This document shows, in pieces, positions 9,863 to 19,640 of a stretch of 64,000 nucleotides of DNA. Position numbers and translations under genes: made by a program. Origin of the DNA: a bacterium. Lineage in GTDB: Bacteria; DUMJ01. How positions within the stretch are numbered: position 1 is the first letter of the stretch; each line of letters starts with the position of its first letter. Location: the NCBI GenBank assembly GCA_049970495.1, contig JBMFMV010000001.1, positions 2,604 to 66,603 of the forward strand, written 5' to 3'. The notes beneath the pieces are model-generated. The model did not search any database. It had not been told where the DNA came from and worked only from the letters and a program-made list of their open reading frames with translations.

Positions 9863-11041
9863 ATGGCAAGAGTTATACTAAAGAAGAAAGAACACATAAA
9901 TATAGTAAGAGGTTTTCCTTGGATATTCGACAATGAGATAGCAAGGATCGAGGGGAATTTCTCCCCTGGAGATGTGGTTGATATATACGACATAACCAAT
10001 TCCTTTCTAGGAAGAGGTTATATAAATCCAAAGTCAAAGATTACTGTAAGGGTACTAACGAGAAAAGAGGAAAAGATAGATAAAGACTTTTTCTCTAAAA
10101 GGATACTCCAAGCATGGGAGTATAGGAAGAGACTTGTAGATACAAGATCCTGCAGGGTAGTATTTGGAGAGGCAGATATGCTCCCCGGCTTAATTGTAGA
10201 TAAATTTGAGGACGTGCTTGTAATACAGACACTAGCATTAGGAATAGATAGGGTTAAAGATGTTATCGTTGAAGTATTAGACGAGATATTCCAGCCTAGA
10301 GGAATATATGAGAGGAATGATGTCCCTGTTAGGGAGGTAGAAGGGCTTCCGCAAAAGAAGGGCTTTTTAAAGGGAATCTTTGATACAAAGGTTGAGATAG
10401 AAGAAAATGGATTAAGGTTAATTGTAGATGTAGAGAATGGACAGAAGACAGGATATTTCCTTGACCAGAGAGAAAACAGAAATGCCTTAAAGGGTATTGT
10501 AGATGGAGCAGAGGTCCTTGATACCTTCTGTTATACTGGTTCTTTTGCTTTTCATGCTGTAAAATTTGGAGCCAAAAAGGTTATTGCAGTAGATTCATCC
10601 GCTTCAGCTCTAGAACTTGCCAGAAAGAATGCTGAACTTAACGGATTTGAAGAAAAGATAGAGTTTATTGAGGGGAATGTATTCGATATCTTGAGAGACT
10701 TTTATAAGAGTGGAAAGGTATTTGACGTCATCATATTAGACCCACCGGCATTTGCAAAAACTCAAAGGCACATTGAAGGGGCTATCAGAGGATATAAGGA
10801 AATAAACCTAAGGGCTATTAAGATGATACGGGACGGAGGGTTTTTAGTTACCTGTTCTTGTTCACAGCATATTACACCTGAAATCTTTCAAAGGATAATA
10901 GACTCTGCAAGGATTGATGCCAATAAAATCCTTAGGCTTGTTGAATTTAGAACTCAGGCAAAGGACCATCCTATACTCCTTTCCTATCCTGAGTCTTTAT
11001 ATCTTAAATGTGGAATATATCAAGTCCTGAGAAAAAGTTGA
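9863..11041 (+). CDS. rlmI: 23S rRNA m5C methyltransferase RlmI-like (PUA domain plus class I SAM-dependent MTase)
   Basis: 392 aa. The N-terminus is PUA-like. DPPAF is present in the MTase motif IV position. The overall length and architecture match RlmI. Confidence 0.7.
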   Translation: MARVILKKKEHINIVRGFPWIFDNEIARIEGNFSPGDVVDIYDITNSFLGRGYINPKSKITVRVLTRKEEKIDKDFFSKRILQAWEYRKRLVDTRSCRVVFGEADMLPGLIVDKFEDVLVIQTLALGIDRVKDVIVEVLDEIFQPRGIYERNDVPVREVEGLPQKKGFLKGIFDTKVEIEENGLRLIVDVENGQKTGYFLDQRENRNALKGIVDGAEVLDTFCYTGSFAFHAVKFGAKKVIAVDSSASALELARKNAELNGFEEKIEFIEGNVFDILRDFYKSGKVFDVIILDPPAFAKTQRHIEGAIRGYKEINLRAIKMIRDGGFLVTCSCSQHITPEIFQRIIDSARIDANKILRLVEFRTQAKDHPILLSYPESLYLKCGIYQVLRKS

Positions 11042-11050
11042 GTTAAGCTA

Positions 11051-12190
11051 TTATAGCTTTACTGTAAAGACCACTATTATTGCAGAGATAAGCATTACTA
11101 TAGCGGTAGAGATAAATATGCTACTTATACCCCAGATAGACCCTATAAGCCCACCTATAAATGGACCACCAAACATCCCAATACCATATATAGCTTGGAA
11201 AAATCCCATAGCTGTAGCCCTCTTCTCTAGGGGGACCTCTAGTATACTTAAGCCCATAAGCACAGGATAGTTTATACCCCTAGAGATACCTCCTAGACAT
11301 TGAAGGAGGCCAAGTAAGAAGAAACTCTTTGTAAATGGAACAAAAAGGGAAGAAACCATAGCAAAGATGAAACCTGAGAATAAAAGAACCCTTTTTGAGA
11401 ATCTAGAAAAGAGCATCCTACTATTTAGAAGTGAAGCAATTGCAGCAGGGATAGAAGACAGGAAAGTTAGTATCCCAAGGGAGCTCTTAGAAAGCCCTAT
11501 ATTAGCAGCATAAACGGGTAAGAAACCATATGTAGTAACAAAGGTAAAATACTGGACCAAGATAGCTAGAACCGATGAAACTAATAAAAGACGCGTCTTC
11601 CCAACTTTTATCAATTCTGCTAGAGAAAGGTTATTAGAATTTCTCGAGACTTCCTCTTTTATAAAAAGGGCCGGAACTAAACCTACTAATGCTACTATTC
11701 CTGCAAGATAAAAGGGGGCAGTCCAACCTATATTTTGAGCAATAAAACCCCCAAATAGTGTAGCTACCAATTGTCCTGATTGAGTAAAAAAGTTTAAAAG
11801 ACTCAAGGAGGAGATAACTTTAGAAGGGTCAAAATAGCTTGAAAAAAGGGTTGTAAATGCTACCCATGTAGTAGCTGATACACCACTTAATCCTCTAAAA
11901 ACTAAAAGACCTAGCGGAGATTTAGCTAGTGCTAAACCAAAACCACTCACTATAGAAAATATAAAACCTAAGATTATAAAGGGTTTTCTTCTCTGAATCT
12001 TATCGGACCATACCCCTAACGGAATTCTTAACAGAAATTGGGTAAACCCGTAAGAGCCAACAATAAGTCCTATAATCCTTAGAGAACTCCCTAAGCTCTC
12101 CGCATAAGGAGATAGAATAGGAGTATAGACATACAGAGAAAACCAAAATAGAAAAGTGGAGACAAAGAAATATACCAGCTTATCCTTCAA
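11051..12190 (-). CDS. MFS transporter
   Basis: 379 aa with about 12 predicted TM helices. An MFS motif GxxSDKIQRRKP follows TM2. Confidence 0.8.
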   Translation of the reverse strand: MKDKLVYFFVSTFLFWFSLYVYTPILSPYAESLGSSLRIIGLIVGSYGFTQFLLRIPLGVWSDKIQRRKPFIILGFIFSIVSGFGLALAKSPLGLLVFRGLSGVSATTWVAFTTLFSSYFDPSKVISSLSLLNFFTQSGQLVATLFGGFIAQNIGWTAPFYLAGIVALVGLVPALFIKEEVSRNSNNLSLAELIKVGKTRLLLVSSVLAILVQYFTFVTTYGFLPVYAANIGLSKSSLGILTFLSSIPAAIASLLNSRMLFSRFSKRVLLFSGFIFAMVSSLFVPFTKSFFLLGLLQCLGGISRGINYPVLMGLSILEVPLEKRATAMGFFQAIYGIGMFGGPFIGGLIGSIWGISSIFISTAIVMLISAIIVVFTVKL

Positions 12191-12207
12191 TTCTTAACTC
12201 TCTTTCT

Positions 12208-12294
12208 TGGCGGAGGGGGAGGGATTCGAACCCCCGGGCCTCATCGGCCAGCGATTTTCAAGACCGCCGCAATAAACCACTCTGCCACCCCTCC
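12208..12294 (-). tRNA. tRNA-Ser (anticodon UGA)
   Basis: The reverse complement folds by hand as a cloverleaf. The acceptor stem is GGAGGGG/CCCCTCC. The anticodon loop is CTTGAAA. A long variable arm is present, and the 3' CCA is encoded. Confidence 0.8.
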
Positions 12295-12295
12295 A

Positions 12296-12637
12296 TTAAC
12301 AGGTAAGATGTAATGCGCATACTACTTTACTTTTATCCTTAGTTTGATTATATATCTCTACCGCCCTACCAGTCAACTCTGCTATAAGCTGTATACTGTT
12401 TTCTCTTAGATACTTCTCTACTTCAGGTAGGATTCTTAACATACCGTAAGCACCGGTTCCAACTATGAATACCTTAGGTTTTGCCTCGACCACTTCTAGT
12501 ATGTCAGAGATATGCAATTCGTGTCCTTCCTCTCTCCACCAATCATTCTCTACCCTATCCGGAAAGATAATAATATCAGAAAAATAAGAGATGCCATCTA
12601 TAATAATCTTACCGAATTCGTAATGTTCTATATTCAT
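12296..12637 (-). CDS. Mth938-like domain protein (DUF498-like), function unknown
   Basis: 113 aa. The VFIVGTGAYG and LRILPE motifs are typical of the MTH938 fold family. Confidence 0.55.
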   Translation of the reverse strand: MNIEHYEFGKIIIDGISYFSDIIIFPDRVENDWWREEGHELHISDILEVVEAKPKVFIVGTGAYGMLRILPEVEKYLRENSIQLIAELTGRAVEIYNQTKDKSKVVCALHLTC

Positions 12638-13647
12638 CTCAGACCACTACTCCAAGTTCCCCTTTCTAAAAATTCTCTACCTACAGAGGGATTTACCACA
12701 CAAGAGATAGGAATCCTTCTCCTTAAATATCCATGGCACATTGTATTACACTGTCTACAGCTATTTATAAGGCCAAATCTTCCATCTTGGATCTTTTTAG
12801 GCAAAAATGGATCGGCTAAAAGGGCTCTACCTATTGCAACAAAATCTGCATATCCATTCTTTATCCTATCTTCTGCCAAATCAGGTATATGCATCTTTCC
12901 TACCATAATTACAGGGATATCTACCTGTCTCTTTACCTCTTTAGCTAAGGCTCCATAGTCATATGAACCAGGGGCGGTGCTAGGAGATATATCTAAGATA
13001 TCCAAACCTCCCTTCTTAAGCTCTTTAGCAAATAGAATAGTGTCTTCTAAGGTATAACCCCCTTCTCTTGTTTCTATCGGGGTATGACGGTAGAGTATCA
13101 AAAACCTTTCATTAGCTATAGACTTTAACCCTTTAATAACATCTAAAGAAAATTTCATTCTTCTATAGAGATCTCCGCCATACTCATCATTACGTCTGTT
13201 AAAGATAGGAGAAAAGAACTGATTCATTATAAAACCGTGCGCTCCATGAGGCTCTACCCCATCGAATCCTGCATCCAAACAGACTTTTCCTGCGTATATA
13301 AAATCATCTATAAAAGACCTTATCTCATCTATAGGTATATCTGTTACATCCCTACGTGGTTGAGGATTACTTTTTATAGTTAGTTGGACAAAGACGTTTG
13401 ATCCATTCCTATGGATACTATCAGCAAGGAGCTTTAATCTGACTTGGAAGCACTTATCATGGAATAGATGAGTTGGAACCCCTTCTATTATTATACTTCC
13501 AACTCCTCCTAATGCCCTCTTTGAATAGTAAGCTATAGACTGATCTGTAACTATCCCAAAATTGGTAGCCATAGGAGGCATTACTATTCTATTTTTAAAT
13601 CTTAAGCCCTTAACAAAAATAGGAGAAAAGAGATATTCGTAACTCAT
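12634..13647 (-). CDS. NADH:flavin oxidoreductase of the Old Yellow Enzyme family
   Basis: 337 aa with the OYE TIM-barrel pattern: PPMATNF, HGAHGF, and a C-terminal RALLADP. Confidence 0.8.
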   Translation of the reverse strand: MSYEYLFSPIFVKGLRFKNRIVMPPMATNFGIVTDQSIAYYSKRALGGVGSIIIEGVPTHLFHDKCFQVRLKLLADSIHRNGSNVFVQLTIKSNPQPRRDVTDIPIDEIRSFIDDFIYAGKVCLDAGFDGVEPHGAHGFIMNQFFSPIFNRRNDEYGGDLYRRMKFSLDVIKGLKSIANERFLILYRHTPIETREGGYTLEDTILFAKELKKGGLDILDISPSTAPGSYDYGALAKEVKRQVDIPVIMVGKMHIPDLAEDRIKNGYADFVAIGRALLADPFLPKKIQDGRFGLINSCRQCNTMCHGYLRRRIPISCVVNPSVGREFLERGTWSSGLR

Positions 13648-13657
13648 CTAAGTCACC

Positions 13658-14615
13658 TCATACCCTAAGCTTTTCGATCTCCTCTTCATTTAAAGCTATT
13701 GACTCTAGCATATAACTCTTACCAGAATTTTCTAGAACTTTCACTTTAACACTCCTATCCTTTGGAGCATCACTATATCTAACTAAAACCCTAACTGCGA
13801 TATCTAAAGAATCGCCTTCTACTATTATACCAGTAGGACCAGGATAATCAATAGTAAAGAACATGTACTTCCATATCCTAGAATCTCTTAAGACCTTATT
13901 TTCTCTCTCATTACGACCTATTATAAACCAACAACCATATACATAGAAGTGTCTTCCAACTCTTAAAAGCTCAAAATATTCCCTTGTTGGCCTTCCCTTT
14001 ATACCGATAAGAAATCTTAATCTCTTAGAGAATTGTATATCTGTAAGGAGACAACCCCCAGCTGGTGTTTTATAATTATCTATACCAAATTTCTTGGCAA
14101 GTTCTATCTGCCTATTCCTTTTTCTTCCTGATATATCATAAAGCCATTCTCTCTTTATCCAGCCCTGTTGTTCAGGTATAGTAGGTGGAAGCAAGGCTCC
14201 TGAGAGGGGTCTAACCACTAGTCCTTCAGCACCTGCAGACTTTTCAACCTCCTTTAATGCCCATTTAGTCTGAGACATAGGTCTTTCGCCTAAAACTTCT
14301 CCTGTTATTATAAAATTAGCATCATATTCTTTTAATAATTCTTTAGCCTTTCTAATCATAAAGGCATGACAATCTATACATGGATTCATATTTTTACCAT
14401 ACCCATGTGGGGGTGATATTAATAGGTCAATAAAATCTTCAGTTATATCGACAATCTCTACAGGTACCCCAAAGACCTTAACTCCATACTCTACATCGGG
14501 AGAAAAAAAAGGGAGTAACAAATCCTATAGGGATCACCTCAATGTTATGAGACATCATTATCTTTATAGCCAAGGTACTATCAAGTCCGCCAGAATATAA
14601 AGCTAAAGCCCTCAC
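13658..14615 (-). pseudogene. PP-loop ATPase (ThiI-like tRNA sulfurtransferase family without THUMP). As given, it is frameshifted at a T8 homopolymer on the coding strand (A8 on the plus strand at 14503-14510).
   Basis: A GTG start at 14615 overlaps the TGA of the upstream DivIVA gene (GTGA). From there the frame reads (M)RALALYSGGLDSTLAIKIMMSHNIEVIPIGFVTPFFF and then stops. The long ORF 13658-14521 continues in the adjacent frame with ITGEVLGERPMSQTKWA and PCIDCH. Removing one T from the tract fuses both parts into about 319 aa. Confidence 0.6.
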
Positions 14616-15049
14616 TCCTCAAGAAGCCTCCTATAGGCCTCAAGTATACTTATAAACTTTGCTCTAAACTCACTGTAGAGACTCTTCAGCCTCTCTATTT
14701 CTATCTCTATCTTTGCCTTCTCTTCCTCTGCATTCCTTATAATCTCCCTAGCCGAATTTTGTGCAGAACTTATTATAATCCTCCTCTCTTCTTCAGCGGT
14801 CTTTCTCAATTCATTCATAGCTTGCTGAGTAGATAGTAGAGTCTCTTTTAAGAGAGATTCTATATTCTTATAGTATTCTAGTTGTCCTTCTAGATCTTTC
14901 AACCTGGTTTCTAGGGTCTTATTCTCTTCTATAAGAGTAGCCCATTCATCGGCAAGTTGAGATAGATACTCCTTGACTTCGTCTATGTCATATCCACGGA
15001 GCCTTTTAGAAAACTCCTTATTTTGAATATCTAGAGGAACTCTATACAT
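14612..15049 (-). CDS. divIVA: DivIVA domain cell-division protein
   Basis: The N-terminal PLDIQNKEFSKRLRGYDIDEVKEYL segment is the canonical DivIVA lipid-binding domain. It is followed by a coiled coil. Confidence 0.8.
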   Translation of the reverse strand: MYRVPLDIQNKEFSKRLRGYDIDEVKEYLSQLADEWATLIEENKTLETRLKDLEGQLEYYKNIESLLKETLLSTQQAMNELRKTAEEERRIIISSAQNSAREIIRNAEEEKAKIEIEIERLKSLYSEFRAKFISILEAYRRLLEE

Positions 15050-15050
15050 A

Positions 15051-15614
15051 TTATCTCCTACTTCCCGGTTTTACTATAGGTATGTTATCTTTACAAAGAG
15101 GACATTCCTCAGGCGGATAAGTCGATAGTGATATATAGACTAATGACCTAACAGGTATCCCCTCCACCTCACTAACATTTCCTCTATTTACTATGCTAGA
15201 GATACCAATAACGTCACCACCACTAGCCAAAACCAAATCCTTCAATTCCTTTACTGTCCCTGCAGTGGTAATAACGTCTTCTACTATAAGAACCCTTTCA
15301 TCTTTATCTATGGAAAAACCTCTCCTAAAGGTCAAAATACCTGATTCTCTCTCAGCAAATATACTTCTAACCCCTAAAACCCTAGCGGTCTCATAGGCTA
15401 CAGTAATACCCCCTATAGCAGGACCAACTACAAGATTTATCTCTTTATCTTTAAAAAGTTCGGCAATCCTTTGGGCAAGAAAAGAAGTATCCTCTGGATA
15501 CTGTAAGACTTTAGCACATTGTATATAGGTATCACTGTGAAGTCCAGAAGAGAGCAAAAAATGCCCCTTCATTATTGCTCCTCTTCTATAAAGTAAGTCC
15601 AATATTTCATCCAT
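15051..15614 (-). CDS. pyrE: Orotate phosphoribosyltransferase
   Basis: 187 aa. The PRPP-binding motif VLIVEDVITTAGT is present. Confidence 0.85.
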   Translation of the reverse strand: MDEILDLLYRRGAIMKGHFLLSSGLHSDTYIQCAKVLQYPEDTSFLAQRIAELFKDKEINLVVGPAIGGITVAYETARVLGVRSIFAERESGILTFRRGFSIDKDERVLIVEDVITTAGTVKELKDLVLASGGDVIGISSIVNRGNVSEVEGIPVRSLVYISLSTYPPEECPLCKDNIPIVKPGSRR

Positions 15615-15812
15615 AATAGAACTCCTCCTTCAAGATCAATGCTACTTTAGATGATTATAACATATTGTCGTCTTTCCTTAAAACTAAATCTTCCTGAAAT
15701 GCAATAGTGGTAGAGTTGATCAAAGTATCGTATCTTAACTCTGAGGACTACCAAAAAACTCATCATCTAGACCTCTGCATCTAACCACTTATAAAACCGG
15801 AACGTCGATTAC

Positions 15813-15840
15813 TTGACTATATTAGAAAAAAATATATAAT
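15813..15840 (+). promoter_or_regulatory. Sigma-70-type promoter upstream of the rnfC-like gene
   Basis: The -35 element is TTGACT at 15813-15818. A 16-nt spacer follows. The -10 element is TATAAT at 15835-15840. The GGAGGA RBS at about 15859 lies about 20 nt downstream of the -10. Confidence 0.5.
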
Positions 15841-15871
15841 CTTAAAGGATTTGCTGTAGGAGGATAATAAT

Positions 15872-17176
15872 ATGGTATTCAAATTTCATGGAGGATTGAA
15901 GATAGAAGAATATAAGGAATTAACTGAATCCAAACCTATAGTCGATTTTCCTTTGCCGAAAAGAGTAGTAATTCCGCTAAAACAGCATACTGGGGCGGTC
16001 TTAGAACCTTTAGTAAAGAAGGGAGATATGGTAAGGGCAGGAGATAAGATTGGAGATTCAAAGGCTCTTGTCTCAAGCCCGGTGCATTCAACTATCTCAG
16101 GTAAGGTTATTTCTATAGAACCACACCCCATACCTACCGGAGAGATAGTCCCTTCTATTATAATTGAGGCCACTGAAGATGAGCCAATAGATGAATTAGT
16201 AGTAGAAAAGAGAGAGTGGCAAGGGTTAAATAAAGAGGAGATTGTAAGTATAGTTAGAGAGGCGGGTATAGTGGGATTAGGCGGAGCAGCATTCCCAACC
16301 TCAGTAAAGTTAACACCACCAGAAGGGATAACAATAGATACAGTCATTCTAAATGGAGCAGAGTGTGAACCATTTCTTACTTGTGACCATCGTCTTATGT
16401 TAGAATCCCCTGAAGAAATAATTACCGGTTTACAGATTATCATGAAGGTCGTAGGGGCAAAACAGGGGATTATTGGCATAGAAGATAATAAGAAGGATGC
16501 AATAGAATTATTAAAGAGTAAAACAAAAGGATATGAAAGTATAAATGTAGTTTCGCTTCCAACAAGATATCCTCAAGGGTCTGAGAAACACCTTATAAAA
16601 GCCCTACTGAACAGGGAGGTTCCTTTAGGTAAACTTCCAATCAATGTTGGAGTAGTAGTAAATAATGTGCAGACCGCATATAGTATAAAAAAGGCAGTAT
16701 GTGAAGGATTACCCCTTATATCTAGAGTTATAACTGTAAGTGGAGATGGGGTAGAAAAACCTGGTAATTTTAGAGTAAGGATTGGAACCCAATTTAAAGA
16801 TATACTAGAATATACTGGGTTAAGACAGGATGCCAAAAAGGTTATTTCTGGCGGTCCAATGACAGGTGTCGCGCAGTGGTCTTTAGAGGTACCAGTTATA
16901 AAGGGGACATCTGGCATTATAGCGTTAACTAATATAGAGGAAGAGACTTATCCTTGTTTAAGATGTGCAAAGTGTGTAGATGCCTGTCCAATGGGACTTC
17001 TTCCCTTGGAATTGGGAAACCTTGCCGAGCAGAAACGTTTTGATGATGCCTATAGGCTATATGTACTTGACTGCATAGAGTGCGGTAGTTGTGCATATAT
17101 ATGCCCATCTAGGAGACCTCTAGTACATCTTATTAAGTTCGCTAAGGCTGAGATAAATAAGAGAAGAAGGAAGTAA
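15872..17176 (+). CDS. RnfC/PduS-like electron-transfer protein (SLBB domain plus 2x[4Fe-4S]). No other rnf genes are adjacent.
   Basis: 434 aa. The GLGGAAFP motif and the C-terminal CLRCAKCVDACP and CIECGSCAYICP ferredoxin motifs are present. Confidence 0.7.
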   Translation: MVFKFHGGLKIEEYKELTESKPIVDFPLPKRVVIPLKQHTGAVLEPLVKKGDMVRAGDKIGDSKALVSSPVHSTISGKVISIEPHPIPTGEIVPSIIIEATEDEPIDELVVEKREWQGLNKEEIVSIVREAGIVGLGGAAFPTSVKLTPPEGITIDTVILNGAECEPFLTCDHRLMLESPEEIITGLQIIMKVVGAKQGIIGIEDNKKDAIELLKSKTKGYESINVVSLPTRYPQGSEKHLIKALLNREVPLGKLPINVGVVVNNVQTAYSIKKAVCEGLPLISRVITVSGDGVEKPGNFRVRIGTQFKDILEYTGLRQDAKKVISGGPMTGVAQWSLEVPVIKGTSGIIALTNIEEETYPCLRCAKCVDACPMGLLPLELGNLAEQKRFDDAYRLYVLDCIECGSCAYICPSRRPLVHLIKFAKAEINKRRRK

Positions 17177-17178
17177 AA

Positions 17179-18198
17179 ATGATGGAAGGAGTCTCTACAA
17201 GACTTCAAAAAGAGATAGATTCCATATCTCAAAAGATAGAGGAAAATTTACTATCTTTCTTCGATAAGCTACCAAAAGATGGACTAACAAATATTATCCG
17301 CTATCATATGGGATGGCTTAATAAGGATTTCAAAGCAGAAAATTCCTATAAAGGAAAGAGGTTAAGATCTATCCTCTGTAGTCTTATATGCAAGATAGCT
17401 GGGGGGGATGTAGAAAAGTCTTATTCTGCCGGAATGGCATTAGAGTTGACACACAATTTTTCTCTAGTCCACGATGATATCCAAGACAAGGACCTATTTA
17501 GAAGGGGGAGAGAGACCGTCTGGAGTATATGGGGAGTTGCACAAGGGATAAATGTAGGTGATGCGATGATATCTCTTGCACATAAAGCCATACTGGATTC
17601 AGATCTAGATTACTATAAGAAGTATAGACTTATAGACATACTAGATACTGCCATATTTAAACTTTGCCAAGGACAATTTATGGATGTAAGTTTTGAAGAA
17701 AGCGAAGATGTAGAAATAGAAGAATATCTTCTAATGGTTCAAGGAAAGACATGTAGTATGTTTGAAGCAAGTGTAGAGATGGGGATAGTCTTGGCAGAAA
17801 GAGAGGAGCTTATAGATCAATTTATCTTTATTGCTAGAAATCTTGGACTAGGATTTCAGATATTAGATGATGTACTTGGTTTATGGGGTGATCCTAAAGT
17901 TACAGGAAAACCTGTCGGAAGTGACCTGAGGCAGAATAAAAAGACATATCCAATTCTATTAGGACTTAAAGAAAAACCAGAGGTTAGAGGGGTCATATTA
18001 AATAAAAATAAGACAGATAGAGATATAGAATACCTTATACAGCTATTTGAAAGCTCTGGCATAAAAGACTCCTGCAAAGATAGAGCAGTTTACTATTTGT
18101 CAAAAGCAAGAGAGACTATAGGGAATCTTCCTTTAGAGAAGGATAATATAGAACTTCTTTTAGAACTTATTCACTATTTAGAAAATAGAGAAAAATAA
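17179..18198 (+). CDS. Polyprenyl diphosphate synthase (trans-isoprenyl diphosphate synthase family)
   Basis: The first Asp-rich motif is LVHDDIQD. The second Asp-rich motif is ILDDVLG. Confidence 0.8.
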   Translation: MMEGVSTRLQKEIDSISQKIEENLLSFFDKLPKDGLTNIIRYHMGWLNKDFKAENSYKGKRLRSILCSLICKIAGGDVEKSYSAGMALELTHNFSLVHDDIQDKDLFRRGRETVWSIWGVAQGINVGDAMISLAHKAILDSDLDYYKKYRLIDILDTAIFKLCQGQFMDVSFEESEDVEIEEYLLMVQGKTCSMFEASVEMGIVLAEREELIDQFIFIARNLGLGFQILDDVLGLWGDPKVTGKPVGSDLRQNKKTYPILLGLKEKPEVRGVILNKNKTDRDIEYLIQLFESSGIKDSCKDRAVYYLSKARETIGNLPLEKDNIELLLELIHYLENREK

Positions 18199-18269
18199 GT
18201 AACAGTTACAGAATGTCGACCTCTTGCATATCTTTTGAGTATAAGGTATAATTTTTACTGTCGAAGTGT

Positions 18270-18344
18270 GGGGCTGTGGCGCAGAGGGAGCGCGCTTCCT
18301 TGGCATGGAAGAGGTCACGGGTTCAAGTCCCGTCAGCTCCACCA
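18270..18344 (+). tRNA. tRNA-Ala (anticodon GGC)
   Basis: Manual cloverleaf fold. The acceptor stem is GGGGCTG/CAGCTCC. The anticodon loop is TTGGCAT. The T-loop is TTCAAGT. The 3' CCA is encoded. Confidence 0.8.
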
Positions 18345-18503
18345 TATTTTTTTATTCACAAATCTATTGACAGATACCTCTTTTATCCCTTATCATTTTA
18401 AGCTAATTAATATTTATTTAGAGTCTTTAGACATTAGACTCGGAAAATCCTAGGCTTAGATCAAGTCTAGGTATATTATACTCTAATTTGGAGGTGTTAT
18501 AAG

Positions 18504-19640
18504 ATGAGCCAGATTAAAATAGTGGATACAACCCTAAGGGATGGGGAACAGACAGCAGGGGTGGTATTCTCTAAGGCAGAGAAAATTCAGATAGCAAGAA
18601 TGCTAGATGAAATTGGTGTACACCAAATTGAGGCAGGAATTCCAGTTATGGGAGGAGACGAAGCAGAAGCTATAAAGGCTATAACTAAGTTAGGATTAAA
18701 GGCTAGTATTATGGGCTGGAACAGAGCGGTAATTAGCGATATAGAAGCTTCTCTTAGATGCGGAGTAGACGCAGTAGCTATCTCTATATCTACTTCGGAC
18801 ATACACATTCAACATAAACTGCAGAAGACAAGAGAATGGGTATTAGAAAATATGGCTAAGGCTACAGAATTTGCAAAGAAGGAGGGGGTTTATATCTCTG
18901 TAAATGCAGAGGATGCATCTAGGACAGATATGGACTTTCTAGTCCAATTTGCTACGGTAGCAAAGCAGGCTGGAGCTGATAGACTACGTTATTGTGATAC
19001 AGTAGGTATTATGGATCCATTCAAGATGTACGAAACAATAAAGGTTCTAAAAGAAAAGGTTGATATACCTATAGAGATGCATACCCATAATGACTTTGGT
19101 ATGGCAACAGCAAATACTCTAGCGGGTATAAAGGCAGGGGCAGAATTTGCTGGAGTCACAGTAAACGGTTTAGGGGAAAGGGCAGGAAACGCCGCTTTAG
19201 AAGAAGTAGTTATGGCTCTAAAATATCTATGGGGTATAGATTTGGGAATAAAGACTGAAAAATTTAGAGAGATCTGCGAATATGTTGCTAGGGCATCTGC
19301 CAGGCCTCTACCACCTAGTAAGGCGATAGTTGGAACTAACGTATTTGCACATGAATCTGGAATTCATGCAGATGGTGTCTTAAAGTACACTAGAACCTAT
19401 GAGGTATTTAATCCAGAAGATGTTGGACTAGAGAGACAGATAGTAATAGGTAAACACTCTGGAAGTCACGCAATCATCAAGAAGTTCCAGGAGTATGGGA
19501 TAGAGATCTCATCTGAAGTTGCTAATGAACTTCTGCCTAGAGTGAGAGCCCTTGCAGTAGAGCTCAAAAGGCCGTTATTTGATAAAGAACTTATGATGCT
19601 ATACCAAGACTATCTAAGGGAAAAGGAAAATGTCTCATAA
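18504..19640 (+). CDS. 2-isopropylmalate/homocitrate/citramalate synthase family enzyme, short form without the C-terminal regulatory domain
   Basis: 378 aa. The N-terminus is LRDGEQ. The HxH metal-binding site is MHTHNDFG. No LeuA_dimer domain is present. Confidence 0.8.
   Translation: MSQIKIVDTTLRDGEQTAGVVFSKAEKIQIARMLDEIGVHQIEAGIPVMGGDEAEAIKAITKLGLKASIMGWNRAVISDIEASLRCGVDAVAISISTSDIHIQHKLQKTREWVLENMAKATEFAKKEGVYISVNAEDASRTDMDFLVQFATVAKQAGADRLRYCDTVGIMDPFKMYETIKVLKEKVDIPIEMHTHNDFGMATANTLAGIKAGAEFAGVTVNGLGERAGNAALEEVVMALKYLWGIDLGIKTEKFREICEYVARASARPLPPSKAIVGTNVFAHESGIHADGVLKYTRTYEVFNPEDVGLERQIVIGKHSGSHAIIKKFQEYGIEISSEVANELLPRVRALAVELKRPLFDKELMMLYQDYLREKENVS

Noticed and set aside
15615-15800. 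PyrR-type attenuator in the pyrE leader
   Set aside because: The CCAGAGAGGCU-like PyrR binding loop was not found in the minus-strand leader. Only weak hairpins are present.
18235-18453. 72-aa ORF
   Set aside because: It overlaps the well-folded tRNA-Ala(GGC) at 18270-18344, so it is an artefact.
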